Source of the DNA: Ruditapes philippinarum
Taxonomy: Eukaryota
Direction: 5' to 3'
Length of the DNA stretch: 64,000 bases
Assembly (NCBI RefSeq): GCF_026571515.1
Contig: NW_026863645.1
Coordinates: forward strand, 248,001-312,000
How positions within the stretch are numbered: the first letter of the stretch is position 1; each line of letters starts with the position of its first letter. The position numbers and the translations under genes are program-made. Positions 1 through 13,749 of this stretch are shown here, in pieces. The notes under the pieces are model-generated. The model did not search any database and was not told the origin of the DNA. It was given only the letters and a program-made list of their open reading frames with translations.

Positions 1-232
1 ATATTATAATATTTGTATGTTACGTAACGCAATTTTGTTATAGCTTTCCCTAGATATGGCCATTACAATATGCAAACAATGCGATTGTACTGTTTCAGAA
101 ATGTTTGTGACATATTTTTCCCAGTTGAAGCTTTATACCCTCTTAGAGTTGCATAGAAATTTGGCTAAGTTAGAGGACTATAACTTTACTGTTTGATCTC
201 ATCGGACTGTAAAACTTCCTTTTTTGTTCAAA

Positions 233-1587
233 TTTTTAGCTCACCTGAGCATATTAGGATCACTCTTCGTCGTCCGTCTTACGTCGTCCGTTGTCCGTTC
301 ACACTTTTAAAACGACATCTCCTCTGAAACCATAAGGCAGATCATAATGAAACTTCACAGGGATATTCCTTGTGTGAAGCCTTAACAAAGTTGTTCAAAG
401 AATTTAATCCCATGCAGAACTCTGGTTGCCATGGCAACCGAAAAAAAACACTTTAAATATCTTCTTTTAAAAAACCCTAAGAGCTAGAGCTTAGATATTT
501 GACATGAAACATCTTCTAGTGAGTGTACCAAGTTTGTTCAAATAAAAGCCCTGGGGTCAAAATTGGCCCTGCCCCAGGGGGTCATTGATTTTCCCTATAT
601 GCATATAGTAAAAACTTAAAAAATCTTCTTTTAAAGAACTCAAAGAGCTAGAGCTAAGATGTTAAGCATGAAACATGTTCTAATGGGTGTCTACCAAGTT
701 TGTTCAAATAAAAGCCCTGGGGTCAAAATTGACCCCGCCCCAGGGGGTCATTGATTTTCCCTATATGCATATAGTAAAAACTTAAAAAATCTTCTTTTAA
801 AGAACTCAAAGAGCTAGAGCTAAGATATTTAGTATGAAACATGTTCTAATGGGTGTCTACCAAGTTTGTTTAAATAAAAGCCCTTGGGTCAAAATTGGCC
901 CCGCCCCAGGGGTCATTGATTTTCCTTATATGTGTATAGCAAAAACTTAAAAAATCTTCTTTGAAAAAACCCAAATAGCTAGAGTTTAGATATTAAGCAT
1001 GAAACATCTTCTAGTGAGTGTCTACAAAGTTTGTTCAAATAAAAGCCCTGGGGTCATAATTGGCCCCGCCCCGGGGGTCATTGATTTTCCTTATATGTGT
1101 ATAGCAAAAACTTAAAAATCTTCTTTGAAAAAAACCCAAATAGGTAGAGTTTAGATATTAAGCATGAAACATCTTCTAGTAAGTGTCTACAAATTTTGTT
1201 CAGATAAAAGCCCTGGGGTCAAAACTGGCCCCGCCCCAGGGGTGTCATTGTTTTTAACTATATGTGTATAGTAAAAACTTAAAAATCTTCTTTTAAAAAA
1301 CCCAATGAGTTAGAGCTAAGATGTTTAGCATGAAACATCTTCTTATGGGTGTCTACCAAGTTTGTTCAAATAAAAGCCCTTGGGTTAAAATTGGCCCTGC
1401 CGATGGGGGGGGGGGAGATCGTTGTTTTTCATTATATGTGTGTAGTAAAAACTTAACATTGTGAAACATCTTCTAATGGGTGACTCTTCCGAGTCTGTTC
1501 AAATAAAAGCCCTGGGGTTTAAACTGGCCCAGCTCTGGGGACCTATATACAGGTGAGCGACCTCAGGGCCATCATGGCCCTCTTGTT
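233..1587 (+). mobile_element. Non-autonomous Helentron-like (HINE-type) element, family A, with about 6.5 internal 166-bp tandem repeats
   Basis: 5' TTTTTAGCTCACCTG followed by a GTCC/CGTC microsatellite. AATAAAAGCC (or a 1-nt variant) recurs at 541, 707, 873, 1038, 1203 and 1369. The 3' end has subterminal IR CAGGTGAGC plus hairpin AGGGCCATCATGGCCCT and CTTGTT. It sits in T-rich sequence with no TSD. Confidence 0.8.
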
Positions 1588-2969
1588 TTATATTTACTTT
1601 TTAAGGAAAGAAAAAAAGATCCAAATACCAAAAAATGTAACATTCAAATGTTCCCAAGACAGTTTGATACCAAAAAAGTTATCATATCAAAGTTTCCAAG
1701 ACATGTTGATACCAGAAAAGGTATCTTAAAGTTTCCAAGGCAAAATACATGTAACAGGGACTTAGTAAATTCAGAGGTATTTTTTAGTGCTAAAATTCTA
1801 TTTCTTGACATATGAAAATTTTGATAGGGATCTGTGTGTCTCAGATATTGTTTTGGTTTTTCTTCTTTTTTTTTATGTAAGAAAATTAAATGTAATTTAT
1901 TGAGACTTGCAGAAAAACATGCTTTGAACTGGCAAAGTTAAGAGCCTAGTGGTAAAGGTCAAATTAGAACTACCATATATTGAAAGAAATTTGGAACATT
2001 TAAACAAAGTAATGGAAGCTATGCATTAAGTTTTCAGTAGTAAACGAAGAAGTCCTGTTTTTTACAAAGCAGTTATCATTTGTCAAAGTAATGAAGACAT
2101 AAGATTAATTTAGTTAGGTAATGTAGAAGTCCTGATTTTTAGTAGTCATTCGTTAAAGTTAATATAGAAGTGTTGTTACAGTACCGATGAATCAAGCAGT
2201 AAATGTTTTGATATATTTTTACGCTGCTGAAGAGGAAAGAAAAGCAGCTTCTTCCAACGATTGTTGTTTCACATCCATGCACCCAGAAAACTTACGTGTT
2301 TGTTCCTAAATCGGGGAAATATTTGAGCCAAGTCAAGAACGAGGCTCCCTGGTTCTGGACTAAATCACCCTGGCAATCCCTTCTGGACTCGCCTATGCAA
2401 TTTTGTAAAATGGCCTTCCATGCACTAGCTAGATGCTGGAAAAATAAACCAAATCAAATATACCAGGTATATAATAGTAGTGAATGTTTTTGATGGAGTA
2501 CAGCAAACATAATGTGTGCACTTCCAGCTTTTCTTGTTGTTCCTTTCATTTTCCTTTGAAATCTCAAGTTTGCATTAGATTATGTTGTTTTGCTTGTTAC
2601 AGTGTAACCTCTGTGAGTCTCCAAAACACACTGAAAACTGGCTGTAGAAATTAGCTGTGTTAAATGGAAAGATATAAGAGCGAATGTTTCATAAAATTTC
2701 TTTATTATCATTTATATTATTATATTTTATATATAATATATTTAAATTTATATGTATAAATGATTCTTTTAGCAATAAATACCTGAGCTATATTTATTTT
2801 TTTTAGTTTTGAAAAATTAGAATGTTTGTATACATAAGCATAGTTGTTGTTCTACTACACTGTCATCATATTCCTTGCACTTACTATGCTTTACTTTGTG
2901 TTTTTCATTCATCATCTCTTTGACTATATTAAATACTCACTTATATTGTTGTAAACAATAAACCCTGCA

Positions 2970-3400
2970 TTTTAGTTCACCTTAGCTTTGTGATAGCCTG
3001 ATATCTGTTTTTGGTAGATTTTGATCAAACTTCACAGGAAGCTGATATCTGTTCATGGTAGATTTTGATCAAACTTCACAAGGGGGAGACTTTTATTTTC
3101 ATCTGAAAGAGTTAAATGATTTTAATCAGATTAATAAGTTAGAATAATCGATAAAATATTGTCAGAAAGTACAAAATTTAACCTTAGATGATTTAGTTTG
3201 TAGCAATTTCCTCATGTTAAATCAGGTCTTCATAAGGGCTATAAAATTTTTTGATATAAAGTATTTTCATGTAAAACATAACAAAAATATATATATATAA
3301 ATTTGGCCTTTGAATAAAAAATTGTTTGGTCTTACGGAATTTATTTATTTATTTTCCATTTACACAGGTGAGCTATCTAGGGTCCTTTTGAGCTCTTGTT
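2970..3400 (+). mobile_element. Degenerate HINE-like element
   Basis: Decayed termini: TTTTAGTTCACCT at the left, CAGGTGAGCTATCTAGGGTCC...AGCTCTTGTT at the right. Internal TCAAACTTCACAGG motif as in family A. Confidence 0.45.
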
Positions 3401-3589
3401 TATATTCATTCACATGTATATTATGAAAGCAGTGTCTTGTATGTTTGATTTGGTTTGATTCCAGTATAATGCACCTTTAGTTGTGAGATTGGAAAAATTG
3501 AATTTTGTGTTTGACCTTTTGGCCATTGTTTATGTGCTTGGTTTTTTTTACACATATTTTCTTTCATGATTTTCCATTGCATGCTTCAG

Positions 3590-3607
3590 AGAGAAGAACT
3601 AACGAGG
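3590..3607 (+). CDS. Candidate 18-nt frame-preserving microexon of the unidentified + strand gene (xRRTNEG if phase 1)
   Basis: Long pyrimidine tract, then TTGCATGCTTCAG acceptor, 18 nt, and donor GAGG|GTAAGA. No transcript evidence. Confidence 0.4.
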
Positions 3608-4993
3608 GTAAGATATCGTCAAAAATATTTAAAGTCACACTTACTGTTTATTATATTCCAAGTCACTTTCATCTAGACATAGCCACTGTTTTATCTTATA
3701 GAGGGTTACCTGTAAAATTTAAATGTTTCAAGCGCAATATTACATCTTTCTTCTAATATTCCTAGTACTCTAGTTGCATAAAATTTCTAAATTTCTCAAT
3801 TTCTTATAGTTTGTAACTGTTCTGCTTCTGGATAAAGTTCCATACTTTGAATAATATCTTTACAGTTTTTCACTAAATTTTCATAAATTTTTATCTCTTT
3901 TTTACATGAAAAATCATGTTACGATATATCATTTCAGAAAATTAAAAATCTTTTCTCCTTCACTTTCCTTGCTTTAAATCATTTCTAAAGATGCATGCTA
4001 GATGAAATTTGAAATATGCAAATATTGATATAAGTATTTCCTTTAAAATAACACCAAAACCCCACATTTCTGAACCATAAGGCACATAAGCCTTGTTTAA
4101 GTCGTTGTTTAGTACTGTACATACATCATATTAGCAGAAATGAGTAACAAGTTTTAGGATGTAAATTTTGAGTAATTGAAAAAGTTAAGATTGTTCCTTT
4201 TCAGATTTTGATAGTTAAAGCGTGCATGTTTGTGTTCACTAGTGAACAATAGCTGAGATTTCAAATGATAAAGGCGTGTAATAAACAATAATAGTTCACT
4301 ATTGTAAAAACTTTGCAATGTTTCATTGTTTTTGATATACAAGTTGCTAATCGTGGCCTTAGTGCAGTAACAGGTTTAGTCCTTCTAAATTTAATAGGAG
4401 TTAACCAGTTATTGCACTAAAGGGATGTAATGTTAGCATTACAGTTTAAATGTATCAATGATAGAAAGATGTTTTACTATAAAAAATGTTTCTTAATTTG
4501 GGTATGCTATTAATGGAGTATTGCATTTGTGTAGGTTCATTACTAAATTTATTGAACACTTGAATAAACCATTTATGCTTGCCAGAGACTGGCGTATAAT
4601 AATTTAATTCCTCTCGTTTAATGAATTCTGTAATGAACCTGTACTCGTACAATATCCTCTTATGTATAAAGCTGTACATAATTATTACCTTATATATATT
4701 TCTTCAAATTTGAAATCTCAGCACCTTTTTGCTTTTTTTTATTCTGTTAGATCTAATGTTTTAATCTTTGTTTGATTATATCTAATATAGCCAATCCATA
4801 TTGAACATTCCTGCATTATTATTTTGAAATATATATATTTTTAGCAACACGTCATAATCATTGCCTATTTTTAGGCATATAAAATTTTTGTTTTAAAAAA
4901 AAGTTGTAGTATTAAAGTTGGTATGGATATGCTGTCATACTCTTGTTCAAAATGCATGTGATAAATGCTCTATTTGTTCTTTTTTCATGAAAA

Positions 4994-5155
4994 CAGTTAA
5001 ACCTTCCTTTAATGACCACTTTGTATACACAGTAAGATGGTCTTACTTATGCCTTCATTATTGATGTCAAGATTTCACTGTAATTTGCCATGCAGGAAGG
5101 CTGGTAACAGTTGTATTCTGGATTACAAAGTGGTCTAAGAGGAAAGGTTTGACTG
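4994..5155. mobile_element. Short MITE with CAGT-type (Tc1/pogo-like) terminal inverted repeats
   Basis: CAGTTAAACCTTCC..TGACCACTTTGTA at the left is inverted relative to TACAAAGTGGTC..GGAAAGGTTTGACTG at the right. TA follows the right end. Confidence 0.5.
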
Positions 5156-6894
5156 TATGTTTATAATGAAAATACTGATATCTTTATATTATTAGTTATA
5201 AAGATTTATAATACAGCAAGCATCATTTTTAGAGAAAAAAAGTAAGATTTCTTCATGAATCGACAGCAGCCGTGTATATAAAACTATATAAACGTCACGA
5301 TTATCCAATGAAAAATGACGTTACAAACATGCAGTATTATAAACTGATTTATAATCGCTGTAACATATGAGATAAGGGGAAAGAAATTAAGAAAAAAACA
5401 CATTTATTTTATATCAAAATAAGAAAAATTGATCATTTAAAATATTAAAAATTGGGATTTCAGTAGATGAATTATGGTAAAAAAAATAGAGCATTTATTA
5501 CAAAGTATTGGTTTTGTTTGACATGGTTTTATGATGTTGCTACTAATAATTCTCAGACCAAAGTTGCCCAAAATTATTCCTCTAATATAAAATATAAATC
5601 ATGCTTTTTGTAGCCCTTACATATATTTCCATGCAAGCATTTTTATCTCAATGCGTCACTTGCTCTATACAAGTACCTTTTCCATGTAAACATGCTTGAG
5701 TTTCAAAGTCCCTTTATTAAATGTTATTTTATATAATGTCCTCATTTTGTTAACCCGGCATTGTTTTAAATTATTTCCCTGAAGAACAATTGAATTTAAA
5801 CACTATATAACACTTACATACATGTTATCACACACAAAAATGTGATAGGGCAGTATTGTGAAATATGTAAAGTAGCTTTGTTCTAGTTTTGAAAAATATA
5901 TAAAATTTTAAAAAAAACAAGGGAAAAACTAACATACTTTAGTAGTGTGCTGATCGCTTATAGAATTCTAGGTAGACAATGGTAATTATCCCTTGCTTAA
6001 TTGAAAACATAGTAACTATGGTGAAGGTGGCACCTGTTCAATGTTCTACAGGCTCTAATTGACCAATCATATTCACAGGGTCAAGAGAAAAAATACAGAT
6101 TCAATGACAGACTTGTTTCCAAAAAAATTTGAAAAAAGAAAATTTTAAATATTTAAGGAAAGGTATTACATGCCTAGTTCTGTAAAGGTTTGGTTTTTGA
6201 TCACAGACTTGAAAACAAACTTCTTCAAAGAATGTATGAGTAATTGGTTCTTAGGGGACTTAATATTTAAGTCAAAACTTGCTCACAAAAAAACCAGCTT
6301 TTAAAAAAAAAATAAGAAAGTGTGACCTGATCGTAATAATGAAAGACATGAAACAGTAGGGATAGGGATAATTGATTGATTAAGGATGAAATCTCTTTAC
6401 ATTCATTGCAGACAACAGGATTATGGCATATAAACTTTTCTTAATTCATTGCTACCATTTTTACCAAGCTTTCTCTTCTTTTACACTCGGACCACTGTTG
6501 AAAGCATATACCGTACTTGTAGCGCTTTGTGCCATACCTTAATAGCCATTCAACCTGCATGAAGAAACTGAATAGAAGTTTGTATGGCTCTATTGTGTCT
6601 TTTGAATTATAAAAGTTAAATGGGCATTAAATGGATCAGGTTGCTCTTTTACTGGTCAAGGTCACTCTGACCTAGAATGTTGAAACTATTTCCTCTTGAT
6701 AATAATTGATATACAATTTGACCTTTGATTTTTAATAGAAAATTGGCCCTTATTGAATAGGAGACAGTTTTTATTGGCAGTAGGTCAAAGGTCAATGGCT
6801 GTGACCTAATATGTGAACACCCTTATGCTCCATTTGACTCAGAGGATAGACATCTTTGTTAAGTGGAAGAATTTCCTTTAAGTCAGAACATCAG

Positions 6895-7180
6895 AGGTCA
6901 AGGTCAGTATAAAATCATTATGACTTCTATGTCATTTGACCAAAATTTTTAAATGTTATGGGTGGCCATAGTTAACAAAAAGGTCAAGGTCAGTGTAAAA
7001 TCATTTTAGTTTCTATTTCATTTGAACCAGATTTTTAAATGTGATGGGTGGCCATAGTAAACTAAAAAGTCAAGGTCAGTATGACATCATTTCAGCTTCT
7101 AAATCATTTGACCTAGACTTTTAAATGTGATAGTTGGCCATAGTAAATATAGGTCAAGGTCAGTGTAAAATCATTTCAGC
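6895..7180 (+). repeat. About 86-bp tandem repeat, 3-4 diverged copies, each starting with AGGTCAAGGTCAGT or a 1-nt variant
   Basis: Unit starts at 6895, 6981, 7067 and 7151. Confidence 0.7.
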
Positions 7181-7865
7181 AATGTGACAGGCAGCCACAG
7201 TAAGTAGATGACTCTCAGTAGATTAAGGTCACAGACTGTAGGTATAGCAGACAAACTGATTATGTTATTACTAAAGCTCTGGCTAATAAAGTATTGTTCC
7301 TTTTGTGTGTGTTGGATCTAGGCATGAATTATTATTGGACATACTATAAAATTTAACTTTTGGAAGCCTGTCATATCTTCCTTTATGTATATTTTTAGTA
7401 GTAATGCCTAATATAGAAATTGTCAGTCCTGAAAGATAATTTTGCATGAAGACTGTCTGGAGTTATTTTAGTCCAAAAAAGTTCTATGTAGTCTTTGAGA
7501 AAGTATTACTTTATGTTTGTTTGTAAAGATCGTTCCTTTGTTTTGTACAAATCTGTTATAATTGTATGCCTCTTGCAAGATCTGTCTGTGTCTGGAACTG
7601 ACATAACATGATAACGTTTAAGTCTTCAAGGATAAGTTTAAAACAAAACAAAAAACAGAATTTGTCTGGATTTGTAGCGGCACTTTTCAGTATGATAACA
7701 ACTTAAGTTAAGATAAAGCTATATTATCAAAACTATCTACCTGTTGAATGGCATTTGAATAAGCATATTCTTTTCTTGTAAATGTTGTATTTTTAGCATT
7801 TTAGTAGTAGACATGTTGTAAAGTTTTTTTTGTTACATGCAGTAAGCTTTTGTAGAAATACTTTT

Positions 7866-9174
7866 ATTAGCTCACCTGAGCTAGCTCAGGGTGAGCTTTT
7901 AGGATCGTTGAATGTCCGTCGTCTGTCGTCCGTCCACACTTGTTTGTTAACACTCTAGCGGTCACATTTTTGCCTCAATCATCATTAAACTTTTTTCAGG
8001 ATGCTTATCTAGTTGATAGCTCGGATAAGTATGAACATGGGTCATCTCGGATGAAAATCTAGGTCACAGGAGCTAAAAATAGAAAAACCTTGTTAACACT
8101 CTAGCGGTCACATTTTTGCCTCAATCATCATCAAACTTGGTCAGGATACTTGTCTAGGTGATAGCTCGGATGAGTTCGAACTTGGGTCATCTCGGATGAA
8201 AATCTAGGTCACAGGAGCTAAAAATAGAAAAACCTTGTTAACACTCTATCAGTCACATTTTTGCCTCAATCATCATCAAACTTCGTCCGGATGCTTGTCT
8301 AGGTGATAGATCAGATGAGTTGGAACATGGGTCATCTCGGATGAAAAACTAGGTCACAGGAGCTAAAAATAGAAAAACCTTGTTAACACTCTAGTGGTAA
8401 CATTTTTGCCTCAAACATCATCAAACTTGGTCAGAATGCTTGTCTAAGTGATAGGTCAGATGAGTTCGAACATGGGTCATCTCGGATGAAAAGCTAGGTC
8501 ACAGGAGCTGAAAATACTAAAATCTTGTTAACACTCTAATGGCTACTGTTTTGATCCAAATATCCTGTAAATTGGTCTGAAAGTTTGTTTTAATGATTTC
8601 TAGTTCAAGTTCGAATATGGGTCATCTGGGGTCAAAGACTAGGTGACACTGCCCAAATATGGAAAAACCTTATTAACATTCAAGTGGTCACATTTTTGAC
8701 TCAATTGTCATCAAACTTGATCAGGATGCTTGTTTAGGTCATTTCTCATATGAGTGCAAACATGGGTCATCTCGGATGAAAAACTAAGTCACCGGAGCTT
8801 GGTTTGATACTTGTCTAGGTGATAGCTCAGATGAGTTCGAACTTGGGTCATCTCAGATGAAAATCTAGGTCACGGGAGCTAAAAAAAGAAAAATCATGTT
8901 AACACTTTAGTGGCTACTGTTTTGATCCATTCAGTATCCTGGAAATTGGTCTGAAAGTTTGTTTTGATGATTTCTAGGTCAAGTTCGAAAATGGGTCACC
9001 TGGGTAAAAAACTAGGTTACACTGCTAAAATATGGATAATCCTTGTTAACACTCTAGTGGTCACATTTTTGACTTACCTGTCATGAAACTTGGTCAGAAT
9101 GCTTGTCTAGGTAATTGTTCGGATGAGTTCGATGGGTCAGGTGAGCGATCTAGGGCCATCATGGCCCTCTTGTT
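7866..9174 (+). mobile_element. HINE-like element with family-A-type termini but a different, 145-bp internal tandem array (about 8 units)
   Basis: 5' TTAGCTCACCTGAGCTAGCTCAGGGTGAGC hairpin plus GTCC microsatellite. AACACTCTA recurs at 7949, 8095, 8240, 8385 and 8530. 3' end is CAGGTGAGCGATCTAGGGCCATCATGGCCCTCTTGTT. Confidence 0.8.
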
Positions 9175-11194
9175 AAATGTCTAATATACTTCAGTTTAAA
9201 CATACATGTGAATGTTAGCTTGTGAAACAGTTCTTGCAAATTTTATTGATATATTTGAGTGCATTCATTGAAGTAACTTGAGTATTGATGTGTCCTTAGG
9301 GTGGGAACATAATTATGACCGAAATGCTCCTTCCAACTCGCGAATATCTGAGCTAGAAGCACATCTTACAGTCTACCAGAAGTTGATCTTCTTTCCTGAA
9401 AACAGTGTACAAGAAATTGTCTAAATTGAAGACTTTTTTGTTTTGATAGAAAACTTTTGAGATATGAAGAAACTTGTGCTGAATTTGAAAATTAGTTACA
9501 ACTTCAGTTTCAAGTGTTCAAAGAAAATGCATAAAGGGTTTAAAACTGATTTTTTGATTGTATCTGATTTCCCTTTAAATGCTATAATGTCTTTTCTTTG
9601 AAAGGGAATCAAGGGTTTTATTTTGTGTGTAGCCCTCTTTTGACTTTAAATTTTTTTCAGAGCAGTTAAAAAATCAACCTGTCCCCCCAGCTTCTTGTGA
9701 ATGTCGGTGAGATCACCACCACAATATAGCATGTAAAATTGGTTCTTTATCAAGTTTCCTCAAATAAAGTTGGTTGGCTCATTAATTGTCTCCTTGCAGT
9801 TAAGATAGAAAAATCATCTAAAAGGAAATTTTTTTAAAAAATTTCGACCCAATAAATTTTTGGTTTTGGGCCTTTTTATTTACCCTCAAGGTAAAAATAA
9901 AAAAGCATCATAATTTGGGTTCTTTGGCCCCGTTTTGGGGGTCTTTTAGGTTAAAAAAAAGGTAAAAAAAACAAATTTTCCCCCAGGCCCGTTTAAAGGA
10001 ATTTATCACAAAAAGGGCCCTGGTAGCTTCCGAATAAAAAATTATAACTTCTACAAATATATTTCACAAAACTTTAAAAATTTAATTTAAATGGAAATAT
10101 TTAAAGGGCTTTTTGCTATAAACCAATGGATTTGGATTTTTCCCCTTAAAATTAAACCCTTTTCAAATTTGCTTAAAAAAAAAATTTGATTTGCCTCTTC
10201 CTTTCATAGAGAAAATGTTTCTTTTCCCCTTTCATCTTTTGCATCTTAAAAAATTAGTTTTTTAGCCCTCCTTTTAAAGATATCAACAATGTAGGGTTTC
10301 ATATTATAGCTCAGTAATAGGCTCAGGGTTTAAAAAAAAAAAAGTGGGGTTTTTTTCTCAAAGGCTAAAAATTAAAAATGAACTTTTTTAAGTTAATTGA
10401 AGAAAATGTGTAATTTTATTTTTTAAAACCTTGTCTTTTTGAACCAAATTTCATAATTTGTTCTAGTGAGTTAACAGGGCTGGGTAAAAAAGTGTTTTAA
10501 CAGGAACCCGTTACATTATTAAATTTTTAATCGGGCATATTTATAAGTTTAGAGCCCCCTTTAAACTTTATTTGGAAAAATAAATTTTTTATCTTGTATT
10601 TTACATGAACCTTTATTTTTGAGAATTAAAAAAAAAGTCCGAAAAAATATTTCCAAAAAAAAAGCACTTTTTCCAATTACGTACTAACAAAAAAACCAAT
10701 CACAAAGGTTTAAAATTTTTTTATTATATTATTCCCGACAAAAAGAAAAAAAGGGAGTCCTCTCCTGTAAAATAATTTTGTGACAAAAAGTCACAGGGTC
10801 ACTAAACATATCATAATTATGCAACCCCAAAAATTTAAAAGTTTGATTTTTTTCAATATATGTTTCTTACAAAATTTGATTCAAGAGAGAGAGGTAAAGA
10901 AAAAAGGAGAGAGAGCATTTCATAGATACCTTATTTTTTTCACAAAGGGCAGCTTTTTTTCTGTTTTCATTTTTTACGGGGAATGATATCCCTCAGAAAT
11001 TTCATAAACCGGGACTCTAGGTTTAATGCATAATTCGGAATTGTATACAGACCCTATTGTAAATTTAAACAATGCCCTGCCTTTAATATTGCCTATAAGA
11101 TGATGAAGGCACTAACAAAATGTAATGACAAATGCATTCTAATAGAAGATCTGGTCTATATTAAAATAAGCTTTTACTCTGATTAACATCGCTT

Positions 11195-11406
11195 TTAACC
11201 CCTAGCCTGCTGGCAGTGACTGAACCTACACGAGATCAGTGCAAACCAAGATATTGAGTGGCACATCTGTGCCGTTTCATCATGGTCGGCACTGTTCACT
11301 ATTCGGTACATATTTGGAAAATTTCCCTAAAAAAAAAATGAATAGTTTTGTCCAGATTGAAAGATGGATGGGTCCATTTCAGATATTGAGATGGGGCAAG
11401 GGTTAA
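11195..11406. mobile_element. Short MITE bounded by TTAACCC...GGGTTAA (piggyBac-like ends)
   Basis: Inverted 7-bp ends that include TTAA, with a GC-richer interior. Confidence 0.4.
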
Positions 11407-11614
11407 GAGAATGTTACTAGACATGCATATAAGTGGTTTTGGAATGAGTCTGAGAATTATATGGCAGCATCTATTTTTTGTTTAAATGTGTCCTTTGCTT
11501 ACAGTCTTTGAAGTGAATATGTTCTTATTTCTGTCTGTCATAATTTGTCTGTATTGCTTGTCTGTCTCTTTTCTTCTATCTGTCTCCCAAATTTTTTTCT
11601 CGTTTTCTTTTCAG

Positions 11615-12121
11615 CCCTTTTTTCACCATGGCCCCCACCCCCCAGTGCAAAAAACCTAAACGAAGACAATGGCCATAAAGTAGAAAAAGGGCCCCTTTTG
11701 TCTTTGAAGAACTGTCCCTGAAATTATCCTTATAAACCCCAATTGGGGCCATAAAATAGATAGGAATAATTCTGAGAATACGGAAAATAATGGTGAAGAT
11801 AATATTACTGAAATAACGGTCATTCCAAGAAGTTATTCAGAATTAGAGTCGCATTATGCAGAAGAACCAATATCTCACATCAATCCAGCCAATCCTCCTC
11901 CAGTGACATATAGTGCTCCCTGGATTACGGAGGGCTGGGAGAAAGGAACTAAAAAGCCAGACCCCAACCCCCCAGGTTACACAATCGCGCACCACAAATC
12001 TGGTGAATCCAAACCGGAAGCATTAAACACAAATTCTGAGCGGGAATCAAACGATATCAGTATTAATGAGGCTAAGGAGAATGAAATTTCTAGTCCGACA
12101 AGTATTGTAGAGGATACCTCT
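11615..12121 (+). CDS. Probable internal exon of the unidentified + strand gene (acidic, Pro/Ser-rich, likely disordered); its 5' part may carry assembly frameshifts
   Basis: Strong pyrimidine tract and TTTCAG at 11614. One frame is open from at least 11747 to 12121 (HKIDRNNSENTENNGEDNITEITVIPRSYSELESHYAEEP...SPTSIVEDTS). A perfect GTAAGT donor lies at 12122 (phase 0). The first ~130 nt fall in a homopolymer-noisy stretch. Confidence 0.45.
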
Positions 12122-12379
12122 GTAAGTCATTCATATATTTGCTTGTATTTTGAATTATTTTTATTGCAATCTCAGAATTTTGATTGAAGGGATCTTAAGT
12201 ATTAATGGGTAAAAGTTCAAGAAAATAGAGTTTTTTTATTGGAATACAAGAATTAAAAATGAAAATTTTGTTTGCTTATAAAGTGCTTTCAAACTCACCA
12301 GATTCAAAGAATGGAAATTCTGTTTGTTCAAGAAAAGCAGGCAGTTCAAATTTGAAGAAAATGAGAGCTAGAGAATACA

Positions 12380-13020
12380 GAGGAAAGTAAGGGTGATATT
12401 GTAGAAAAGAGAGATAGACTGGTAGTAAGCAAGAAGGACTTGTATATAAAAATCATTTAGGAGAAAGGGAAGGGTGGTTGCTTTAATGTAGAGAAAATTC
12501 TTTGGAAGCAAGAAAGGCTGACTGCTTTAGGTACCAGTCAAAAAAGATATTTCATGTAAGAAAGGATTGATTGCGCTAATGTAAAAAAGGTTTTAGAAGC
12601 AAGAAAAGGTGATGAATGTTGGAGAAAGAATGGACCACATGAAAAATGTTTGCTACTTAGGGATGGGATGGCAGCTTTAATGGATTGTTGTTTTTTTATT
12701 GTGAATCAAGACATGGTGACTGCTTTAAACATTGGAAAAAGTATTAGGACCAGATAAACAAAATGAATAGGATTAAGGTTTAATGGGGAAAAAAGTCATC
12801 AGCAGCAAGAAAGGGTTACTGTGTTGATTTTATGTTGGAGAAAGAAATGACCAGATAAAAAAATATTTGGGGATAAAAAAGGGAAGGGATAAATGATTCA
12901 ATGTAAAGGAGACTTTTTTGGAAGTAATAAATGGTGACTGCTTTAAAATTGGAGAAAGTAAGGACCAGATAAACAATAACTTGGGAGTAAGGGATGAAAT
13001 GACTGCCTTAAGGAAACTGT
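12380..13020 (+). repeat. Old purine-rich diverged tandem repeat, ~216-bp period
   Basis: GTTGGAGAAAGAA..GACCA at ~12618 and ~12834. GGTGACTGCTTTAAA..GGACCAGATAAACAA at ~12716 and ~12933. Confidence 0.5.
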
Positions 13021-13749
13021 CTGTATGTATAAACTTTAGTCCTAAATTGTATGTTTCCACACAAGAACTAATGAAGACTTGATTTATTGATTAAATGATT
13101 GATTGATTTGTATTTGTTATGCAGATTTATAGAAAACCATGTTAAGGTTGAGTCACAGTTCATTTATTTCTTGTGTTGAAGTATGCACTCTTTAAATTGC
13201 AGTTTACAAGAATTTAACATATATAACTGAAGTTAAACGCTAAGGATGGAACCATGGCATAGTTAAATTTGGAATATTTGATACAAGAAAAACAGTTAAA
13301 TTAGAAATATGGATGAATATATTTTGTTGATGGTCAGTCCAGACATTTTGCTTTTTTCAAAATATTCAATACTTTAAAATCAATTGTGAAAGTAAAAATA
13401 AAAATTAGACTTCCTTGGATTTTGAATAATTGAACAAACTGTCAGAGCTATCCGAGTTTGAAAAAAAAAAAAAAAATACGGAAGAAGAAAAAACAAAGAA
13501 AAAGCAAACTTTAAATGACATTTCTTATTTAAGCAATGGGTTGTCAAGAAGTAGAAATACGTTTGATTGAAGTTTACCTTCAACTTTATATAACATTATA
13601 CCCTTGATGTTTTTGCAAGGTTTTTTAGGTGAGGGAAACAGAATGGTCTATGATCACTAAGTAATGTTTTAAATATTATGCTTGGCTGTACACTCATTGT
13701 CTGTGGTCAAAGCCAAATCTCAAGTAATGCTCTTTAGGTTTAATACATA

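Noticed and set aside
2296-2493. Stand-alone 65-aa gene
   Set aside because: No ATG context or recognisable homology. At most it is part of an uncertain alternative exon.
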